A stretch of DNA of 64,000 nt, from assembly GCA_043827405.1 (NCBI GenBank), contig JBDRPD010000054.1:32001-96000 (forward strand), in the 5' to 3' direction. The notes beneath the pieces are model-generated. The model was not told where the DNA came from and ran no database searches. It worked only from the letters and a program-made list of their open reading frames with translations. The DNA comes from Elusimicrobiota bacterium. GTDB lineage: Bacteria > Elusimicrobiota > Elusimicrobia > UBA1565. Positions 47,683 through 58,192 of this stretch are shown here, piece by piece. Numbering within the stretch: position 1 is the stretch's first letter; each line of letters begins with the position of its first letter. The position numbers and the translations under genes are program-made.

Positions 47683-49485
47683 ATGACCGAGCGCTGGTTC
47701 GCCTATATCGATAAAAAGCTGCAGGGGCCGTATACGGCGCAAGAGCTTAAAGCGCTTCCCGGATTCGGCCCGGATACCGAGGTCACTTTATCCGACCACG
47801 AGGAATTTTGGCTGCCCGCCAAAAAGGATAAGGTCCTTAGTAAGCTGTTCGCGGCGCCGGCCGCCAGGAAGGAATGCCGAACCGCCGGGGCGGACAAGCG
47901 ATACGTCGTCTGCCCGCAATGCGGCGCCGGGATGGAGCTGGAGGCGGGTCGGCACCGGACGCATTGCGCCTACTGCGAGTCGCCGCTTACTTTCGAGAAA
48001 GGCAAGGGGACGGGGGGAGTGCTCGTCGCCGCCGACTGTCCTTCCTGCGGCGGCATGGTGCAGTATCCCGAAGACTCGCGCACCGCGCACTGCGCCTACT
48101 GCGACGCCTATCTCGTCATTCTGGGCAGCAACCGTCTTTACCGCTTCTACGCGCCGGCCCGCATTACGCGGGACCAGGCAGCGGCCGAAGCGCGCGCAGG
48201 ACTGCGCGGTTGGACGCCGGAGGATGTCGACAGCGCGCTGCAATTGAACTATGTCCCGTATTGGCGTTATCACGCCATGGTCTTCTACTGGAACATCGGC
48301 CTCAAGACCCAGGATATCCCGGGCTTCCGTGCCGAGGACCTCAGCGGCGAGGAGATCCAGAGTATGGGCGGCCTGGTCCCCGGCAGCGGCAAGATCAAGG
48401 AGCGGATGCGCGATTTTCGTTCGCGGCGGCTGGACCGCAGCATGCGCGCCGCGAGTGAGCCGCTGGGCTATCCTGGCGCGGGTGACCGCGTGAGCCGCCT
48501 GCCGCTGCGGCCTTACAGCCGCGATGAGATGCTCCGAGACGGCGAGATCCTGCACGTCGTGGTCACGCGCGAAGAGGCCGAGAAGGCGATCGGCGTGACC
48601 GCCTATGAGGGGTTCAAGGACGATACGCTTATTCAGGAGTTGGAGCATGGAGCAATTCTTAATGGAAGGCTGTCGGTCGTCTACCTGCCGTTCTGGACGG
48701 TGGATGACGAGAAGGGCCGGCACCTGGTGCTGGATGGGATAGAAGGGCATGCGGTGAAGCCTTACGGCGCGTCCGCCGAACTGGCCGGGCGGCCGCCGGT
48801 GGAAGACGGCGCCGCGCCTCCCAAGTGCGTGCTGGCTCAGTGCGCCCGCTGCGGCGGCGAGCTGAAGATCCAGAACTTCCAAGTCTTGTTTCTCTGCCCC
48901 GACTGTCAGCGGGTATGGCGCATCGCGGGTGACCGTCTGGTCGAGCAGAGCTTCCGCCTGGTCGAGCCCGCCGCCAAGTATCGTGCTGGACTAGCCGCGG
49001 GGCTCTACATGCCCGTATGGCGGCTGCGCGTCACGCTGAAATCCGGCGCGCGCGCGATCGCCGACCAGCAGGCGCTGCGCGAGCTGGTCCCGGACACCGT
49101 TTATACCCGGATAGCCAAGGACCCGGGCAAGCCCGTATATCTCTACATTCAGGGCTGGGGCAATATGGTCTACCCGCGGCTGAGCAAGGTGCCGCAGCGC
49201 TACACCCGCCGGCAGCCGGAACTGGAGTTCGCGGAGAAGGGCTCTTTCGGCGCGGTCGTGCGCGCGGTCTACGGGCCGGAAGGCGTGCGGCGCATGCCCA
49301 TGCTGATGCTGCTCGGCGTCGCCCACCTGCGCAAAAGCGTCATCGAGACGCTGCGCGGCATGGAGATCGAGATAGCGGAGACGGAACTGCTCTTGATCCC
49401 CTGCGTCGAAAAGCACGGCCAGTACATCGAGAGCCTGCTGGGCATCGCCGTGGGCAAGCCGGAGTTCAGCGAAGCGCGGCGCTGA
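47683..49485 (+). CDS. GYF_2/DUF4339-like domain plus multiple zinc-ribbon protein
   Basis: WFAY...GPYTAQEL N-terminus; CPQCG, CAYC, CPSCG, CAYC, CARCG, CPDC; repeated Y[VL]P[YF]W. Confidence 0.75.
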   Translation: MTERWFAYIDKKLQGPYTAQELKALPGFGPDTEVTLSDHEEFWLPAKKDKVLSKLFAAPAARKECRTAGADKRYVVCPQCGAGMELEAGRHRTHCAYCESPLTFEKGKGTGGVLVAADCPSCGGMVQYPEDSRTAHCAYCDAYLVILGSNRLYRFYAPARITRDQAAAEARAGLRGWTPEDVDSALQLNYVPYWRYHAMVFYWNIGLKTQDIPGFRAEDLSGEEIQSMGGLVPGSGKIKERMRDFRSRRLDRSMRAASEPLGYPGAGDRVSRLPLRPYSRDEMLRDGEILHVVVTREEAEKAIGVTAYEGFKDDTLIQELEHGAILNGRLSVVYLPFWTVDDEKGRHLVLDGIEGHAVKPYGASAELAGRPPVEDGAAPPKCVLAQCARCGGELKIQNFQVLFLCPDCQRVWRIAGDRLVEQSFRLVEPAAKYRAGLAAGLYMPVWRLRVTLKSGARAIADQQALRELVPDTVYTRIAKDPGKPVYLYIQGWGNMVYPRLSKVPQRYTRRQPELEFAEKGSFGAVVRAVYGPEGVRRMPMLMLLGVAHLRKSVIETLRGMEIEIAETELLLIPCVEKHGQYIESLLGIAVGKPEFSEARR

Positions 49486-49555
49486 CCGCTCGCGGGTAAT
49501 TTTTTGGTATAGAGCCCTTGCCAAGAGGCCGCGCATCCCGCATGCTATTGATGTA

Positions 49556-51022
49556 ATGCGACCACCGAGAAGCATGCTCGTGAGCGCCGTTCTGCTTATC
49601 GCCGGTCCGGCATGCGCCGGCGGTTCCGATGTCGCTCTTATCACCGCGGCGCTGCATTTACGGCAAAGAACATACAACGCCGATCAGGTGGTCGAGGATA
49701 TCGACAAGCAGGTGCTGCAGGACCTGTACACCGCACAGTCGGCCCAGGGCGTGCTGACCGATATTCACGTCGCGCTCAGCGGGATATCTCCCGACAGCAC
49801 CCGCTATTTCGGGGGGCTGGGGCCGGAGCTGTTCGCCGCGCGGCAGAAAATCGAAGGGGGCGTCGGTGCTCTGGCCGGCGCGCCGGGCGACTGCAAAACC
49901 GGCTCGCTCGCGCAATGGCAGCTCGCCGTCGACGGGCGCCGCCGCATACAGGATGCCGTGGCGCTCGCCGCCCGGGCGCGAACGCGGGTCCGGCGCTTGC
50001 AGGAGCTGGAGGAACGACTCGCGTCGCAGGTCAGCGAGCAGCGCCGCCGCGGCGATTCCCAGTTCGTCCGCCTGGAGCGTCTGCGGCAGGACTATAAGCG
50101 GGCGATAGAGCGTATCGCCGCGCATCTCGACTCCGGGCTGGGTGCGGCGGCTCTGCGCGCGATAAATGTCGCCGGCAAGCCTGACTGCGCGGAGGCGAAA
50201 GAGCTTTATCGGATGTCCACAACCGCGGGCATCGGCGCCGGCCGCGGCGGGGCGCAAAACGGCGAAAGCGCCGCGGCGGGAACCGTCCCGGTATCCGCGG
50301 GCGGGGGCGTCTCCTCCGCTCTTTTGCCGCGCGCACCGACCGAGAGTTCCTGGGTCGACAATCGGGTGACGGGCGCGGTGAGTACGGGGAAGACGCTTTC
50401 GGCCCTGGAGGCCTACGAGAAAAACACCTACGGCTCCTCTTACCCCATCTTAAGCCGTGAGGATTGGGGCGCGCGGACGATGAAGCGGGCGCCGAAGAAG
50501 CATAACCCCAACCGCATGACCGTGCATCATACCGTGGGGCATCAGGCGATCAGCCGGGCGGACGCCGTGCGGAGCATAAAAGGCGCCCAGAACTTCCATA
50601 TGGATACGCGCGGCTGGAACGATATCGGCTACCACTTCCTCGTCGACGGAGCCGGCCGCGTTTTTGAGGGCGTGCCGGTCGATGTCGTCGGCACCCATGT
50701 CGGCAACAATAATACCGGCAATATCGGCATGTCGCTGATGGGAAACTTCGAAGTGCAGAAGCCGACGACCGATCAGCTGGGCAGCCTCGAACGCCTGGCG
50801 TCGTTTTTAACCGTTCGCTATCACATCGACGCCGCCAATAAGCTGCTGCCGCATCGGCACTATAATGCCACGGCATGTCCCGGACGCAACGTGGTCGCCG
50901 TTCTCTCCTGGTTCCGGATGCAGGTGGCGCGGCGGGCCGGCGTCCTGTCCGGCCAGCTCCTGGCGCAGAGCGGTGCGGACGAGGGGTTTATTCCCCTCGT
51001 TGTCGTCCAGCCCCGGACCTAG
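49556..51022 (+). CDS. Exported N-acetylmuramoyl-L-alanine amidase (Amidase_2/PGRP-like) with coiled-coil N-terminal region
   Basis: SREDWGA, TVHHT, GWNDIGYHFLVD..GRVFEG, HR...TACPG zinc ligands. Confidence 0.88.
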   Translation: MRPPRSMLVSAVLLIAGPACAGGSDVALITAALHLRQRTYNADQVVEDIDKQVLQDLYTAQSAQGVLTDIHVALSGISPDSTRYFGGLGPELFAARQKIEGGVGALAGAPGDCKTGSLAQWQLAVDGRRRIQDAVALAARARTRVRRLQELEERLASQVSEQRRRGDSQFVRLERLRQDYKRAIERIAAHLDSGLGAAALRAINVAGKPDCAEAKELYRMSTTAGIGAGRGGAQNGESAAAGTVPVSAGGGVSSALLPRAPTESSWVDNRVTGAVSTGKTLSALEAYEKNTYGSSYPILSREDWGARTMKRAPKKHNPNRMTVHHTVGHQAISRADAVRSIKGAQNFHMDTRGWNDIGYHFLVDGAGRVFEGVPVDVVGTHVGNNNTGNIGMSLMGNFEVQKPTTDQLGSLERLASFLTVRYHIDAANKLLPHRHYNATACPGRNVVAVLSWFRMQVARRAGVLSGQLLAQSGADEGFIPLVVVQPRT

Positions 51023-51537
51023 CGCTCGATCGCCAGAATCTCGACTTCGAAGGTCAGGTCCTTCCCGGCATAGGGATGGTTGAAGTCGAGCGTCGCGCTG
51101 GCGCTCCCGACCGCGACCACCGCGGCCGACTCCAGGCGTCCGCCCTGCATGCCGTGGACCTTGCCGCCCGGCTTTAGGTGCTGCGCCTGTTCGCCGAAGC
51201 GCGCGAGCGGGACGCTGCGGACCGCGTCGGGATCGCGGAGGCCATAGCCGCTTAGCGCGGGGACCTGAACCGTCTTTTTCTCTCCGGGCCGCAGTCCGAG
51301 CAGGGCTTCGTCCAGTCCCGGCACCAAATCTCCCGCTCCCTGCACTACCGTCATCGGCTCGCGGCCGTGGGTTGTATCAACGGGCTTCCCGTCCGCCGCG
51401 GCCGAGAAGTGCAAGCGGACGGTCGAGCCCGGGTGAACCGCCCGTCTCGTTTGTCCGTACTTGATCAGAAACGCGGATGCCGCGGCGAAAAGGATCGCGC
51501 CGATGATCCAGGGCCATAGTGAGCGGCGAGTGGACAT
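51019..51537 (-). CDS. FKBP-type peptidyl-prolyl isomerase (SlyD/FkpB-like) with N-terminal TM anchor
   Basis: VPGLDEALLG, GYG, DFNHPYAGKDLTFEVEI; hydrophobic N-terminus. Confidence 0.88.
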   Translation of the reverse strand: MSTRRSLWPWIIGAILFAAASAFLIKYGQTRRAVHPGSTVRLHFSAAADGKPVDTTHGREPMTVVQGAGDLVPGLDEALLGLRPGEKKTVQVPALSGYGLRDPDAVRSVPLARFGEQAQHLKPGGKVHGMQGGRLESAAVVAVGSASATLDFNHPYAGKDLTFEVEILAIER

Positions 51538-51539
51538 GG

Positions 51540-52694
51540 CTACTTCAGCTTCTCGACCGCGCCGAACTTCCGGTCGGGAGAGAAGATAGCGAAGATCTCG
51601 CGGTCCTCGGCGGTGAGTTCGCCCTTGACCAGCTTGACGAGATAGACTCCGAGGCCGGGGCCGAGCATGAGCCCCTGCCCGCACATACCGACGGCCTGCA
51701 GGAAGCCTTCGGCTTCCCGCGACCAGCCGACGAGAGGTGAGCCGTCGGGCGACATCGGATAGAGTCCCCGCCAAGTGCGCCGGACCTTGAGGTTGGCGAG
51801 CTTGGGCATCAGGTCCACCATGCGCCGCGTGATCAGGGGCAGGAAGTCGGATGTTTCGCGGCGGTCGGTCCCCACCATGGGCGGGTCCGGGGTGACGCAG
51901 AAGATTACCTGGCCGGTGGTATGCTGGTAGAAGTAGTAGTTGGCGGAGCCGGGCGCCGGCCGGATGTCGACGACCATCGGTTGCAGGAAGCGCGCTACCG
52001 GTTCGGTCACGCCGGCTTCGTGAGAATCAGGGTTTACCGGGACGTCGACTCCCGCGAGCCGGGCGACCTCGCGGGCCGCGCCGCCGGCGGCGTTGATGAC
52101 TATGGGCGCGCTGTAGGCGCCGGCGTCGGTCTTGACGCCGCGGACCTTGCCGCCCGCGACAAGAATTTCCGTTACTTTTTCACTGAAGCGGAATACCGCG
52201 CCCCGCTCCCCGGCGTGCCGGTAGAAGGCATGATTGAGCAGCAGCGGGGAGACATTGCCGTCGTCGGGAGAAAGCGTGCCGCCAAGGAGGCCGTCGGGGT
52301 TGAGACCCGGCACCGCGCGCAGGAGATCGTCGCGGTTGAGCCAGCGGATATTTAGGCCATGCTCGGTCTGCACCCTGAGGAGGTCCTTGAGGATGCGCTC
52401 CTCGCGTTCGCGGTAGGCGACGAAGGAGTAGCCTCCTTGGTACCATTCGATTTCGTCGCCGTAGGTTTCTTTCCAGGTCGACAAAATCTCCAGGCTCTTG
52501 AGACCGACGCGGATTTTGGCGATATCGGAATGGGTCGCACGGATGCCGCCGATGGCCGCCTTATTGGCGCCCTGGCCGACGCTGGGATAGGCGTCAAGCA
52601 CTAAAGTCTTCAGGCCGGCCTCCGCCAGGTAGAAGGCGGCGGGGGTGCCGATGCTGCCGGCGCCGATAATGATAACGTCGAAAGTCTTAGCCAT
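51540..52694 (-). CDS. FAD-dependent oxidoreductase (sarcosine oxidase/proline dehydrogenase beta-like)
   Basis: IIGAGSIG, VINAAG, WRGLYPMSPDGSP, GMCGQGLMLGP. Confidence 0.88.
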   Translation of the reverse strand: MAKTFDVIIIGAGSIGTPAAFYLAEAGLKTLVLDAYPSVGQGANKAAIGGIRATHSDIAKIRVGLKSLEILSTWKETYGDEIEWYQGGYSFVAYREREERILKDLLRVQTEHGLNIRWLNRDDLLRAVPGLNPDGLLGGTLSPDDGNVSPLLLNHAFYRHAGERGAVFRFSEKVTEILVAGGKVRGVKTDAGAYSAPIVINAAGGAAREVARLAGVDVPVNPDSHEAGVTEPVARFLQPMVVDIRPAPGSANYYFYQHTTGQVIFCVTPDPPMVGTDRRETSDFLPLITRRMVDLMPKLANLKVRRTWRGLYPMSPDGSPLVGWSREAEGFLQAVGMCGQGLMLGPGLGVYLVKLVKGELTAEDREIFAIFSPDRKFGAVEKLK

Positions 52695-54784
52695 CAGCCT
52701 TCCTCAATCTTCGCTCCCGCAAGCACGCCCATGGGCACTTCGATGAACATCGGCCGGCCGACGTCCAAAGTTACCTCGTCGAGCGGGACGCCCTCCTGCC
52801 GGAACAGAAATTTGATTAGGCTGGCGCAGGTCTTGGCGCCGCAGGCCCCCATGCCGGCCCGGGTGATGGTCTTGATCTCGTTCATGTCGCGCACGCCGTC
52901 TTTGATCAGCTTGCGGATGTCGCCTGCCAGAACCCGTTCGCAGCGGCAGATGACGGTGTCATCGGTCAGGCGATTAACATAGGCTTCCATCGGCACAGAC
53001 ACTTCCTGGCCTTGTACGCGGAGGCCGGCGATGCGCGCGGCGATGTCTTTGGGCGCCAGGAGCTTGACGAGCAGCGTGCGGTTGAGCTTTTTGGCGGCGA
53101 TGACCTTAAGAACTTCGACTTCCCCGAGGTCCTTGCCGTCGATGTCGAGCACCTTGACCCGGTCTCCCTTCTCGATGCGGTCCTTGGGGAACTCATGGGC
53201 TAAAGTAACGACGGGATGCTCGGGATCCTTTTTCGAGTCGACGAGCGTGATGGCGAGGCCGGGGCAGATCGTCACGCACTGGCAGCAGCCGGAGCAGCCT
53301 TTCTCGCTCTTGCCGCGCGCGAAGAGCGGCGTTCGGCGCAGGTCGCCCTCCATCTCGATAAGATGCTCCGGACAGACCGAGGTGCATGGATTACAGGGAA
53401 TCTCCTGCCGGCAGTGGAATATCGGCCGTACGCCTTCCGTTTTCTGCGGCAGCAGCTCCTCGGCGACGGGCCCCGGCTTGGACTTCAGAATCTTCTCGGT
53501 CTCTACCCAGTCGGCGAGAATCTCGGTCGCGCTGCGCCCGAGGGCGCGGGCGATTTCCAGCCCTTTGATCTTGCCCGAGAACATCGCCGCCGAGGCCTCG
53601 GCGATTTCGTGGGCGTCTCCGGCGGAGTAGGCCTTGAGCCCGAACTTTACCGCTTTGCGGTAAAACTCGTCGACCGGGTCGAGGCCGACGGCGACTAAAA
53701 TGGTATCGCAGGCGAAGGAGCGTTCGGTGCCGGGGACCGGCCGCCACTGGTCGTCGATTTTGGCGATCGTCACCGATTCCACGGAGTCTTCGCCGTTGGC
53801 GCTGAGCACGGTATGCGAGGTGTGGATCGGCACGCCGAAGCGGAGCAGCTTGTCTTCGTGGACTTTGTAGCCGCCGCAGCGAGGGAGCGCCTCGATCAGG
53901 CCGACTACCGCGAGCCCCGCCTGCAGGGCATGATAGCCGGCGATCAGGCCGACATTGCCGCCCCCGACGATGAACAGCTTCTCGGCCGGGCGCACCAGAT
54001 CGCGATTCACCAAAGTCTGGAAGGCTCCCGCGCCGTAGACGCCGGGCAGGGTATTGCCTTTGAAGGCCAGGGACTTCTCGCGCGCTCCGGCAGCGACCAG
54101 CAGCGTCCGGGGAGCGACCAGCACGTATTCGGTGCCGCCGCGCAGCAGGCCGACTTTGCCGTCGCTGAAGACCGCGATAGCGGTGGTATTGAGCCAGCGT
54201 TCGACGCTCGGATGCGCCGCGACCTGCTTTTCGAGCAAGGTCGCGATATCGATGCCCCGCGTTCCCGCGTAGCAGGCGTCGATCGAGCCGAAAAACTTGT
54301 GCGTCTGCAGGACAAGCTTGCCGCCCAGGCGGTCCTTATCGTCGACGAGGAGCACTCCGGCCCCGGTCTTGCCGAGCTCGACCGCGGCGGAAAGCCCCGC
54401 CGGGCCGGCGCCGATGATCAGGCATTCTACCTCCAGTTTCCGGGTCGCATGAAATCCGTTCGGCGCTTTCATTTCCGGCAGTACGGGGTTGCCCTCCGCC
54501 GGTTCCACGCGCAGCCCTTCGCGGACGGGGAACATGCAGGACTTGACCGGCAGGTCGTCGGCCAGCACCATGCACTGCGAGCATTGGCCGTTGGCGCAGA
54601 AGATGCCCTGAGGCGAGCCGTCCTTGTGATGATGCCCGAAGATGCGGATGCCGTTGGCGAACAGCGCGGTGGACAGCATCTCGCCGTTTTTTGCGGAAAG
54701 CCGATCGCCGCGCCAGGTGAAGGTGACTTTTTCGCCTTCGGCAACGGCGAGTATGGGATGGGATTTAATCCGATGGTCGCTCAT
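52694..54784 (-). CDS. Sarcosine oxidase/proline dehydrogenase alpha-like fusion (2Fe-2S, FAD/NAD, 4Fe-4S and BFD-like domains)
   Basis: IFCANGQCSQC, IGAGPAG, VGGGNVG, CNPC..CP, CSGCCQC..CP, CRCE...GMGAC. Confidence 0.88.
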   Translation of the reverse strand: MSDHRIKSHPILAVAEGEKVTFTWRGDRLSAKNGEMLSTALFANGIRIFGHHHKDGSPQGIFCANGQCSQCMVLADDLPVKSCMFPVREGLRVEPAEGNPVLPEMKAPNGFHATRKLEVECLIIGAGPAGLSAAVELGKTGAGVLLVDDKDRLGGKLVLQTHKFFGSIDACYAGTRGIDIATLLEKQVAAHPSVERWLNTTAIAVFSDGKVGLLRGGTEYVLVAPRTLLVAAGAREKSLAFKGNTLPGVYGAGAFQTLVNRDLVRPAEKLFIVGGGNVGLIAGYHALQAGLAVVGLIEALPRCGGYKVHEDKLLRFGVPIHTSHTVLSANGEDSVESVTIAKIDDQWRPVPGTERSFACDTILVAVGLDPVDEFYRKAVKFGLKAYSAGDAHEIAEASAAMFSGKIKGLEIARALGRSATEILADWVETEKILKSKPGPVAEELLPQKTEGVRPIFHCRQEIPCNPCTSVCPEHLIEMEGDLRRTPLFARGKSEKGCSGCCQCVTICPGLAITLVDSKKDPEHPVVTLAHEFPKDRIEKGDRVKVLDIDGKDLGEVEVLKVIAAKKLNRTLLVKLLAPKDIAARIAGLRVQGQEVSVPMEAYVNRLTDDTVICRCERVLAGDIRKLIKDGVRDMNEIKTITRAGMGACGAKTCASLIKFLFRQEGVPLDEVTLDVGRPMFIEVPMGVLAGAKIEEG

Positions 54785-54843
54785 GCTGTAAACGTCGACA
54801 CGCAAAGGGTTCAGCCAGGAATTTTTACCATTTTTGCCGCGCG

Positions 54844-55686
54844 TCAGGCGCCCGGCTTGAAAAAGCCGAAACGCAGCGCCCGCTTGGGGCATTTCGCGAC
54901 GCAGATGCCGCAGGAGGTGCAGTCGGCGAGCCACGAGCTCTTTCCTTCGAGCAGGCCGTGGATCGACGGGCAGGGCGAGAGCTTAAGGCAGGCGGAGCAG
55001 TCCCGGCAGAGGCCTCTTTCCAGCCGCACACCGAGCAGGGCGAAGCGCTCCAGCACCCAGGACAGCAGGCCCACCGGGCAGATCAGGTAGCAGTAGGGAC
55101 GGTAGTAGAACAGGCTGGCCCCCAGTATGCTCAAGAACAGCGCCACCAGGTGCGTCGTCGGCTTCCAATGGAACATCTCGAAGCCGTTGAAGTAGTCGTA
55201 GGTTATGGTGCCGAAGAAGAACAGGCCGATAAGGAATATCGCGAAGAGCGCGGTGCGTACGGCGTTGGTGATTCGGAAGGGGAGGTTTTTTAGTTTCTTG
55301 ACACCCGGGATCATGAAGACCAGCTCCTGCAGGGCGCCCAGCGGACAGGCCCAGCCGCAGAAGAGCTTCTTGCCGATAAGGCTGAGCACGATGATAACGC
55401 CGATCCCGGCGATCAGGGGAGGGGGATACTTCCCCTGCAGCCAGCCGAAGGCCATCAGCTTGGTGAGGGTGCACATTGGACTGGGGTGCATGCCCAGCAG
55501 GCGGCCAAGCTCAGGGATGACCAGGCCGCCGAGTCCGCCAAGCAGTAATACAGAGCCGATCAGCGCGGTGATGCGTGCGGGTTTTTTGCTGCGGCGTGTG
55601 AGCAGGAGCGCTATTCCGAGCGCGGCGAGCAGAAAGAAGACGAGATGCTTGACCGAGAAGATCAGCGAGGCCCCGCTATGGTGCAT
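54844..55686 (-). CDS. Membrane 4Fe-4S binding protein (NapH/YccM-like)
   Basis: FCGWACPLGALQE, RPYCYLICPVG, two C-terminal CxxCxxC clusters, TM helices. Confidence 0.85.
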   Translation of the reverse strand: MHHSGASLIFSVKHLVFFLLAALGIALLLTRRSKKPARITALIGSVLLLGGLGGLVIPELGRLLGMHPSPMCTLTKLMAFGWLQGKYPPPLIAGIGVIIVLSLIGKKLFCGWACPLGALQELVFMIPGVKKLKNLPFRITNAVRTALFAIFLIGLFFFGTITYDYFNGFEMFHWKPTTHLVALFLSILGASLFYYRPYCYLICPVGLLSWVLERFALLGVRLERGLCRDCSACLKLSPCPSIHGLLEGKSSWLADCTSCGICVAKCPKRALRFGFFKPGA

Positions 55687-55756
55687 ATTCCCTCTATTTT
55701 TAGGATAGCATATCGCGGCGGCTAAGAATTTGTATCCTCAATACCGGTATTCGCTG

Positions 55757-56575
55757 ATGAAATACACCGTTCTTATACGCGCGGACGAAGATTTCGACCG
55801 CAAGGTCCTCGCCCAGGCCTTGGCCGCCAGCCGCGGGGTGCCGGTAATCGATACTTTGCCGGCCGCCATGCGATGCTGGGGAATCGTCGAGGAGGATATC
55901 GAGCGCGCGGCCGCTGAAAAGCTCGCAGCGGAGCTGCGCGCGGCCGGCCTGGAGGCGTATGCCGCCGAGAGCGGCGCGCTCGTGAAGCTCCCCGCGGCGC
56001 TGCCGGTTAAATCTTTGGCGTTCACGGATGCGGGGCTCGATGCGGTATGCGAGCCGAGAGAAAAGTTCACTATTCTGCCGGACGAGGTCTCGCTGATCGC
56101 GGCGGCGATCATCCCGCATACGACGATACGGGAGACGGCGCAAGAGCAGAAGCCGGGCATGGCGCAGAAGCTGCAGAAAACCGCCCTCAATCTCGCCGTT
56201 CCCGGACTCGGGCATGTGCTGGAGGCGGTCCGGCCCGGCGCGCAGGCGACGGTACGGAAGACCGGCGATGCGGGCCACCTCCTGTTTTTGGATATTTTCG
56301 TCGGCTCGCCGGGGAGGCGGCTCCGTTTCGACGGCAACCGGCTCCAGTACGGCTTTCTCGGCGATAAAATGGTGCACAGCACCCTGATCAATTTTAACCT
56401 GTTCGTTAAGGGGCTGGTTAGGATGGCCGTTCGAGCCAAAAGCAATAAAGGCGCGCGCATTATTCAAAGCGGCCGGCCGGTGAGAGAGATGGGATACGCG
56501 TCGATAGACGATATGGACCGTGAATCACGGTGTATCCTGACCGGCATCAAACAAACGAGTTCGGGTGAACCATGA
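55757..56575 (+). CDS. Hypothetical protein
   Basis: Long ORF overlapping the gpmI start (ATGA); no motif recognised. Confidence 0.7.
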   Translation: MKYTVLIRADEDFDRKVLAQALAASRGVPVIDTLPAAMRCWGIVEEDIERAAAEKLAAELRAAGLEAYAAESGALVKLPAALPVKSLAFTDAGLDAVCEPREKFTILPDEVSLIAAAIIPHTTIRETAQEQKPGMAQKLQKTALNLAVPGLGHVLEAVRPGAQATVRKTGDAGHLLFLDIFVGSPGRRLRFDGNRLQYGFLGDKMVHSTLINFNLFVKGLVRMAVRAKSNKGARIIQSGRPVREMGYASIDDMDRESRCILTGIKQTSSGEP

Positions 56576-58188
56576 AACTTGAGAAACTGTCCGGCTACAA
56601 TAAATTCCCCGGGCCCCTGGTAACGGTGATCATGGACGGCATGGGCATCGGCAGGCCCGACGCCTCCAACGGCCTCCACGTCGCGAAGATGCCGCACCTC
56701 AACGCCCTGCTGCGCGAGCCCCTCTACGTCCAGCTTAAGGCGCACGGCAAAGCCGTAGGCCTGCCGTCGGATAATGATATGGGCAACTCCGAGGTCGGCC
56801 ATAACGCGCTGGGCGCGGGCCGGGTCTTCGCCCAAGGGGCGCAGCTCGTCAATAAGGCGATCTCTTCGGGACGCATCTTTACCGGCAAGGCCTGGAGCGA
56901 GCTCGGCCGGCGTGCCGCCGGCGGCGGCACGCTGCATCTGATCGGCATGGTTTCGGACGGCAACGTCCACAGCCATGTGGACCATCTCAATGCCCTTATC
57001 GACCGCTGTGCCGGCGACGGCGTCAAGCGTCTGCGCGTGCACTGCCTGCTCGACGGCCGCGATGTCGGCGAGAAGAGCGCGCTCGACTACCTGGAGCCGC
57101 TGGAGAAGAAGCTCGCCGCGGTCTCCGGTTCCGGCAGGGATTACCGCATCGCTTCGGGCGGCGGCCGCATGGTCACTACCATGGACCGCTATGCGGCGGA
57201 CTGGAGCGTGGTGGAGCGGGGCTGGAAAGCGCATGTCCTCGGCGAAGGCCGGCAGTTCGCTGCGGCGTCCGCGGCCGTCAAGACGTATTACGACGAGAAT
57301 CCCAAGATCACCGATCAGTATATGGACAGCTTCGTGATCGCCGAGGCCGGCCGGCCGGTGGGGACGATCGAGGACGGCGATGCCGTGGTTCTTTTTAACT
57401 TCCGGGGCGACCGGGCCATCGAAATTTCACGCGCTTTCGAAGACGCGGATTTCACCGCGTTCGACCGCCGGCGCCGCCCCGACGTCTTCTATGCGGGGAT
57501 GATGCAGTATGACGGCGATGCGCAGATTCCAAAAAACTACCTCGTTGAGCCGCCGGCCATCGGCCGCACTCTCGGCGAATATCTCTGCGCCGCGGGCCTG
57601 ACCTCTTACGCCATTTCCGAGACTCAGAAGTTCGGCCATGTGACCTACTTCTGGAACGGCAACAACTCCGGCTATCTCGACGAGAAGCTCGAGCGGTATG
57701 TGGAAATCCCGTCGGATAGGGTGAACTTCGATCAGAAGCCGAAGATGAAGGCGGCGGAAATCACCGACGCTGTATTGCCGGCGATCGCCGGCGGCGAATA
57801 CAAGTTTATCCGCCTGAACTACGCCAACGGGGATATGGTGGGCCATACCGGGATCGAATCCGCGATCATCACCGCGGTGGAAGCGGTGGACGAGTCGCTC
57901 GGACGGCTGCTGCGGGCGGTCGAAAAAGCGCAGGGCGTCCTGCTGGTGACGGCCGATCACGGCAATGCCGACCAGATGTGGACGGAAAAAAACGGCAAGC
58001 GCTCGCCGTTTGTCGCGCATACCTTGAACCCCGTGCCCTTCATCGTTAAGGACTTCTCCGGCGCCGACCAGTGGAAAATGACGGCGGTTGAGAACCCCGG
58101 GCTGAGCAATGTCGCGGCGACGATATGCCGCCTGCTGGGCTATGCGCCGCCGGAAGACTATGATCCCGCGCTCATGGCGCTGAGGTAG
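56572..58188 (+). CDS. gpmI: 2,3-bisphosphoglycerate-independent phosphoglycerate mutase
   Basis: MGNSEVGH, SDGNVHSH, DGRD, NFRGDRA, NGDMVGHTG, TADHGN. Confidence 0.97.
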   Translation: MKLEKLSGYNKFPGPLVTVIMDGMGIGRPDASNGLHVAKMPHLNALLREPLYVQLKAHGKAVGLPSDNDMGNSEVGHNALGAGRVFAQGAQLVNKAISSGRIFTGKAWSELGRRAAGGGTLHLIGMVSDGNVHSHVDHLNALIDRCAGDGVKRLRVHCLLDGRDVGEKSALDYLEPLEKKLAAVSGSGRDYRIASGGGRMVTTMDRYAADWSVVERGWKAHVLGEGRQFAAASAAVKTYYDENPKITDQYMDSFVIAEAGRPVGTIEDGDAVVLFNFRGDRAIEISRAFEDADFTAFDRRRRPDVFYAGMMQYDGDAQIPKNYLVEPPAIGRTLGEYLCAAGLTSYAISETQKFGHVTYFWNGNNSGYLDEKLERYVEIPSDRVNFDQKPKMKAAEITDAVLPAIAGGEYKFIRLNYANGDMVGHTGIESAIITAVEAVDESLGRLLRAVEKAQGVLLVTADHGNADQMWTEKNGKRSPFVAHTLNPVPFIVKDFSGADQWKMTAVENPGLSNVAATICRLLGYAPPEDYDPALMALR

Positions 58189-58192
58189 GGCT

